From Desulfomicrobium sp. (GTDB lineage: Bacteria > Desulfobacterota > Desulfovibrionia > Desulfovibrionales > Desulfomicrobiaceae): a DNA stretch of 64,000 nt. The position numbers and the translations under genes are program-made. Below, one piece after another: positions 61,431 through 64,000 of this stretch. Positions within the stretch are counted from its first letter, which is position 1; each line of letters begins with the position of its first letter. The DNA lies in NCBI GenBank assembly GCA_040768745.1, contig JAXGMI010000001.1, positions 96,001 through 160,000 of the forward strand. The letters are read 5' to 3'. The notes beneath the pieces are model-generated. The model was not told where the DNA came from. It made no database searches and saw only the letters and a program-made list of their open reading frames with translations.

Positions 61431-62279
61431 TTATGTGTCCCCTTCTGATGCGTCCTCAGGAAAGAGGGAGCCGGAATGCAACGTCCGTGTCCCATCCTGC
61501 GTGTGCAAGACAATACCGCCGTCAGGGCTCAAACCTCTGAACAGGCCGCGAACCGATGATCGATTGTCAACAATCTGAACCATGGTCCCAAGGTAGGCTA
61601 AAACCGTCTCAATTGAATGGGAAAACTCCAGAAGGGTCGAATCAGAAAGAGTTGATATATAGCAAAGACGGCCAACATTCACAAGCCGTATCCACAGCTC
61701 AAAAATGGACCGTCGAGTTGCAGGAGGTCCCAGCGTCCCGGCACTGGCCACATGGTCAGTTCGCATCATCGCCTCCGGGGGAGAGGAGGACAGATTCAGA
61801 CCGATACCTGCTAAAAGCACTTCCCCCCTTTCCTCGACCAGAATACCACCCACCTTGCGGCCATGCAGCAGAAGATCGTTGGGCCACTTGAGTTGGAGGG
61901 GTAAACGCAATCCCCGCAGTCCCTGACACAGAATCCAGCCCATCAAAACAGAGATCATGTTCCGCCACGGTTCTGGCGGAAAAGGAAGACGCCAGGCCGC
62001 GAAAAGATTCCCCGGATCGGAAATCCAGGCCCTGCGCATTTGTCCCCTCCCCGCCCACTGCCGCGAGACCAGGACCGAATCCCAGGCATCAAGGCCACCG
62101 ACACTGGCCAGATGATGGGCCACATCCAGCGCAGAGGAACACGGTCCACAGAGGTATACACGTTCGCGCAGATCCTCCCCGGTGACCATTCCGGCTCCCA
62201 ACAGCACACGGGCATCAGGATGGGCTGGAGAAAGTCCTTCGGTGATGCCGTCAATGGGCAAAGTCCAATGAATGGGCAT
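61431..62279 (-). CDS. birA: Biotin--protein ligase
   Basis: QWAGRGQMRRAW, LKWPNDL, KVGGIL. Confidence 0.88.
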   Translation of the reverse strand: MPIHWTLPIDGITEGLSPAHPDARVLLGAGMVTGEDLRERVYLCGPCSSALDVAHHLASVGGLDAWDSVLVSRQWAGRGQMRRAWISDPGNLFAAWRLPFPPEPWRNMISVLMGWILCQGLRGLRLPLQLKWPNDLLLHGRKVGGILVEERGEVLLAGIGLNLSSSPPEAMMRTDHVASAGTLGPPATRRSIFELWIRLVNVGRLCYISTLSDSTLLEFSHSIETVLAYLGTMVQIVDNRSSVRGLFRGLSPDGGIVLHTQDGTRTLHSGSLFPEDASEGDT

Positions 62280-62301
62280 GGTGCTCCACCAAGGGCCCTG
62301 C

Positions 62302-63564
62302 TCAGGCCTTGGCCTGCTTTTTCTGCATGAGCAGTCGTTTCAAGTCCGTCTTATCTCCGGCGCGATGGGCCTGGACAGTCCGTTTTGTGGGAGGGAGGCG
62401 GGAAATCGAGACAGCGGAGTCCAGAGGCGCATTGACCTGGCCATGGGCCTTCTCCCCGGTGTCGTGCCCGGAACTCGCCATGTCGCCTGCAAACGGCACT
62501 TCGACGAGGGCCCTGCGTCCTGCCTCTCTTTGCGGCGACTCAGGCCAAGGTATGGCAGCCGCGGGGGTGTCTGCAGCGGAGGACACTGGCCGGGGAGATG
62601 GGAATGCAGGGGGCGCCGAAATAATCCTGGGGCACCCTTGCGGACCGGCACTGGCCGAGCGAGAAGAGGGGAAAACGGGAACTGGCCGGGGAACAACGGG
62701 CGATGCGCCCCGGCGGTCGTCCATAACACGCACAGGCTGGTAGAAAATGGACCGAAGGTAGCGTTTGGGCTCGAACATGGATGTCACGCCGTTCAAGGAT
62801 TCAGTAGATCCGATGATCAGGGACCCATCGGTTTCCATGACCCCGGCTATTTTCTCGAAAACCGCTTTCTTGTCCGTAGCAGTGAAATAAATTGCCACGT
62901 TCCGGCAAAATACAACATCAAACCTGCCCATCCCTGCAAATGGCTTCATCAGGTTGAACTTCCTGAACACGGCCATGGAACGAATCTCGTCCTTGACCTT
63001 CCACCCGTCCCCGTGCGCAGAGAAGTATTTTTGCAGGACTTGGGGAGGCATGCCCCGCTCAGCCTCGAATTTATTGTACTTTCCGTAGCTGGCCTTTGTC
63101 ACTGCATCGTCTGAAATGTCCGTACCCAATATGGAAATCTGATAATTGCTGAGGTTGCCCAGCGTTTCACGCAGAATGATGGCGATACTGTACACTTCCT
63201 GGCCTGTTGAACATGCAGCGCTCCAGATGCGGATAGGCACTGGCATATTGGCATACATCCGGGCCCTGGAGTCTACGAGGTCAGGCAGTATCTTGTGCTT
63301 GAAGAGTTCAAAGGGAGAGGAATCGCGGAAGAAAAAAGTTTCATTGGTGGTGATGGCATTGATCATCTCCTTTTCCATGTTCCCACTGCGATCCGCCTTG
63401 GCCTTGGCATAAAGCTCCATGTACGAGGTACAGGAGTATTGCTGCATCATGGGCTTGAGGCGCGTTTCAAGCAGATAGGCCTTGCTGGCGTCGAGGGCCA
63501 CTCCGGAGATGGAGTAGACATACCGAGTCAAGAGCTTGATTTCATCCTGGGATATGGCGGTCAT
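62302..63564 (-). CDS. cheR: Chemotaxis methyltransferase CheR with a low-complexity C-terminal extension
   Basis: TTNETFFFRD, IWSAACSTGQE, FCRNVAIYF. Confidence 0.92.
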   Translation of the reverse strand: MTAISQDEIKLLTRYVYSISGVALDASKAYLLETRLKPMMQQYSCTSYMELYAKAKADRSGNMEKEMINAITTNETFFFRDSSPFELFKHKILPDLVDSRARMYANMPVPIRIWSAACSTGQEVYSIAIILRETLGNLSNYQISILGTDISDDAVTKASYGKYNKFEAERGMPPQVLQKYFSAHGDGWKVKDEIRSMAVFRKFNLMKPFAGMGRFDVVFCRNVAIYFTATDKKAVFEKIAGVMETDGSLIIGSTESLNGVTSMFEPKRYLRSIFYQPVRVMDDRRGASPVVPRPVPVFPSSRSASAGPQGCPRIISAPPAFPSPRPVSSAADTPAAAIPWPESPQREAGRRALVEVPFAGDMASSGHDTGEKAHGQVNAPLDSAVSISRLPPTKRTVQAHRAGDKTDLKRLLMQKKQAKA

Positions 63565-63595
63565 GGTGTGGCCATTTCCTTGCAGTTCTGTGGGA

Positions 63596-64000
63596 TCATC
63601 GCACAGTGCGGACGATTTCAGATGCGATCATGTGCAGGGGAACAACCGTGTCCACTACTCCGGCTTCGATGGCTGCCTTGGGCATCCCATACACCACGCA
63701 GGATTCCTCGTCCTGACCGATGGTCACGGCTCCAAGGTTCTTCATGACCTGCAAACCAAGGGTTCCATCCCCGCCCATGCCCGTCATGATCACGCCGGTG
63801 CTGAGGGGCCCGTACTCCCGGGCCACCGACCGAAACAGATAATCCACCGCGGGCTTGCAGTTGTTTTCGGGTGGATCGTCAGTGATCTGGATGATCTTCC
63901 GTCCACCGACTCCCGAACCAACACGCATCTGTTTCCCGCCGGGAGCGATATAAATCGTGTCGGGGGTCACCGCCTCTCCCTGACTGGCCTCGCGAACATC
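63596..64000 (-). CDS. cheB: Chemotaxis methylesterase CheB, C-terminal part (truncated by window edge)
   Basis: YIAPGG, KPAVDYLF, MTGMGGDG, VVYGMP. Confidence 0.92.
   Translation of the reverse strand, partial: DVREASQGEAVTPDTIYIAPGGKQMRVGSGVGGRKIIQITDDPPENNCKPAVDYLFRSVAREYGPLSTGVIMTGMGGDGTLGLQVMKNLGAVTIGQDEESCVVYGMPKAAIEAGVVDTVVPLHMIASEIVRTVR

Overview
GC-rich chromosomal window from a sulfate-reducing deltaproteobacterium, probably Desulfomicrobium/Desulfovibrionales. The taxon is inferred from the LutC plus fused LutB/LutA lactate genes, the long ppsA-pyc-birA cluster and the Nif3-zinc-ribbon-rnpB-ispDF-gltX-cysS synteny. Most of the window is ordinary housekeeping DNA, including tRNA-Lys(CTT), tRNA(CAT, probably Ile2), rnpB, uvrB, ligA, dapB, clpSA-aat, ppsA, pyc, birA and cheR/cheB. 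The accessory part is a ~10.2 kb degenerate genomic island (15417-25640) integrated in the 3' end of the CAT tRNA. It has a 17-bp att duplication, a 3-nt-damaged displaced tRNA end and P4-like arm repeats, but no integrase. It carries a GSU2403-type nucleotidyltransferase behind a perfect operator palindrome, a coupled MerR-HTH plus VIT-vWA gene pair behind a second palindrome, a membrane NERD nuclease gene and ISL3/IS3 remnants. The NERD gene is split by a RAYT-like HUH transposase cassette with 24-bp inverted repeats and a 10-bp direct repeat. The island cargo is the best candidate for an uncharacterised defence or stress system, and the apparently mobile RAYT cassette is the most unusual element. 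All family calls come from motif recognition only; no database searches were run.
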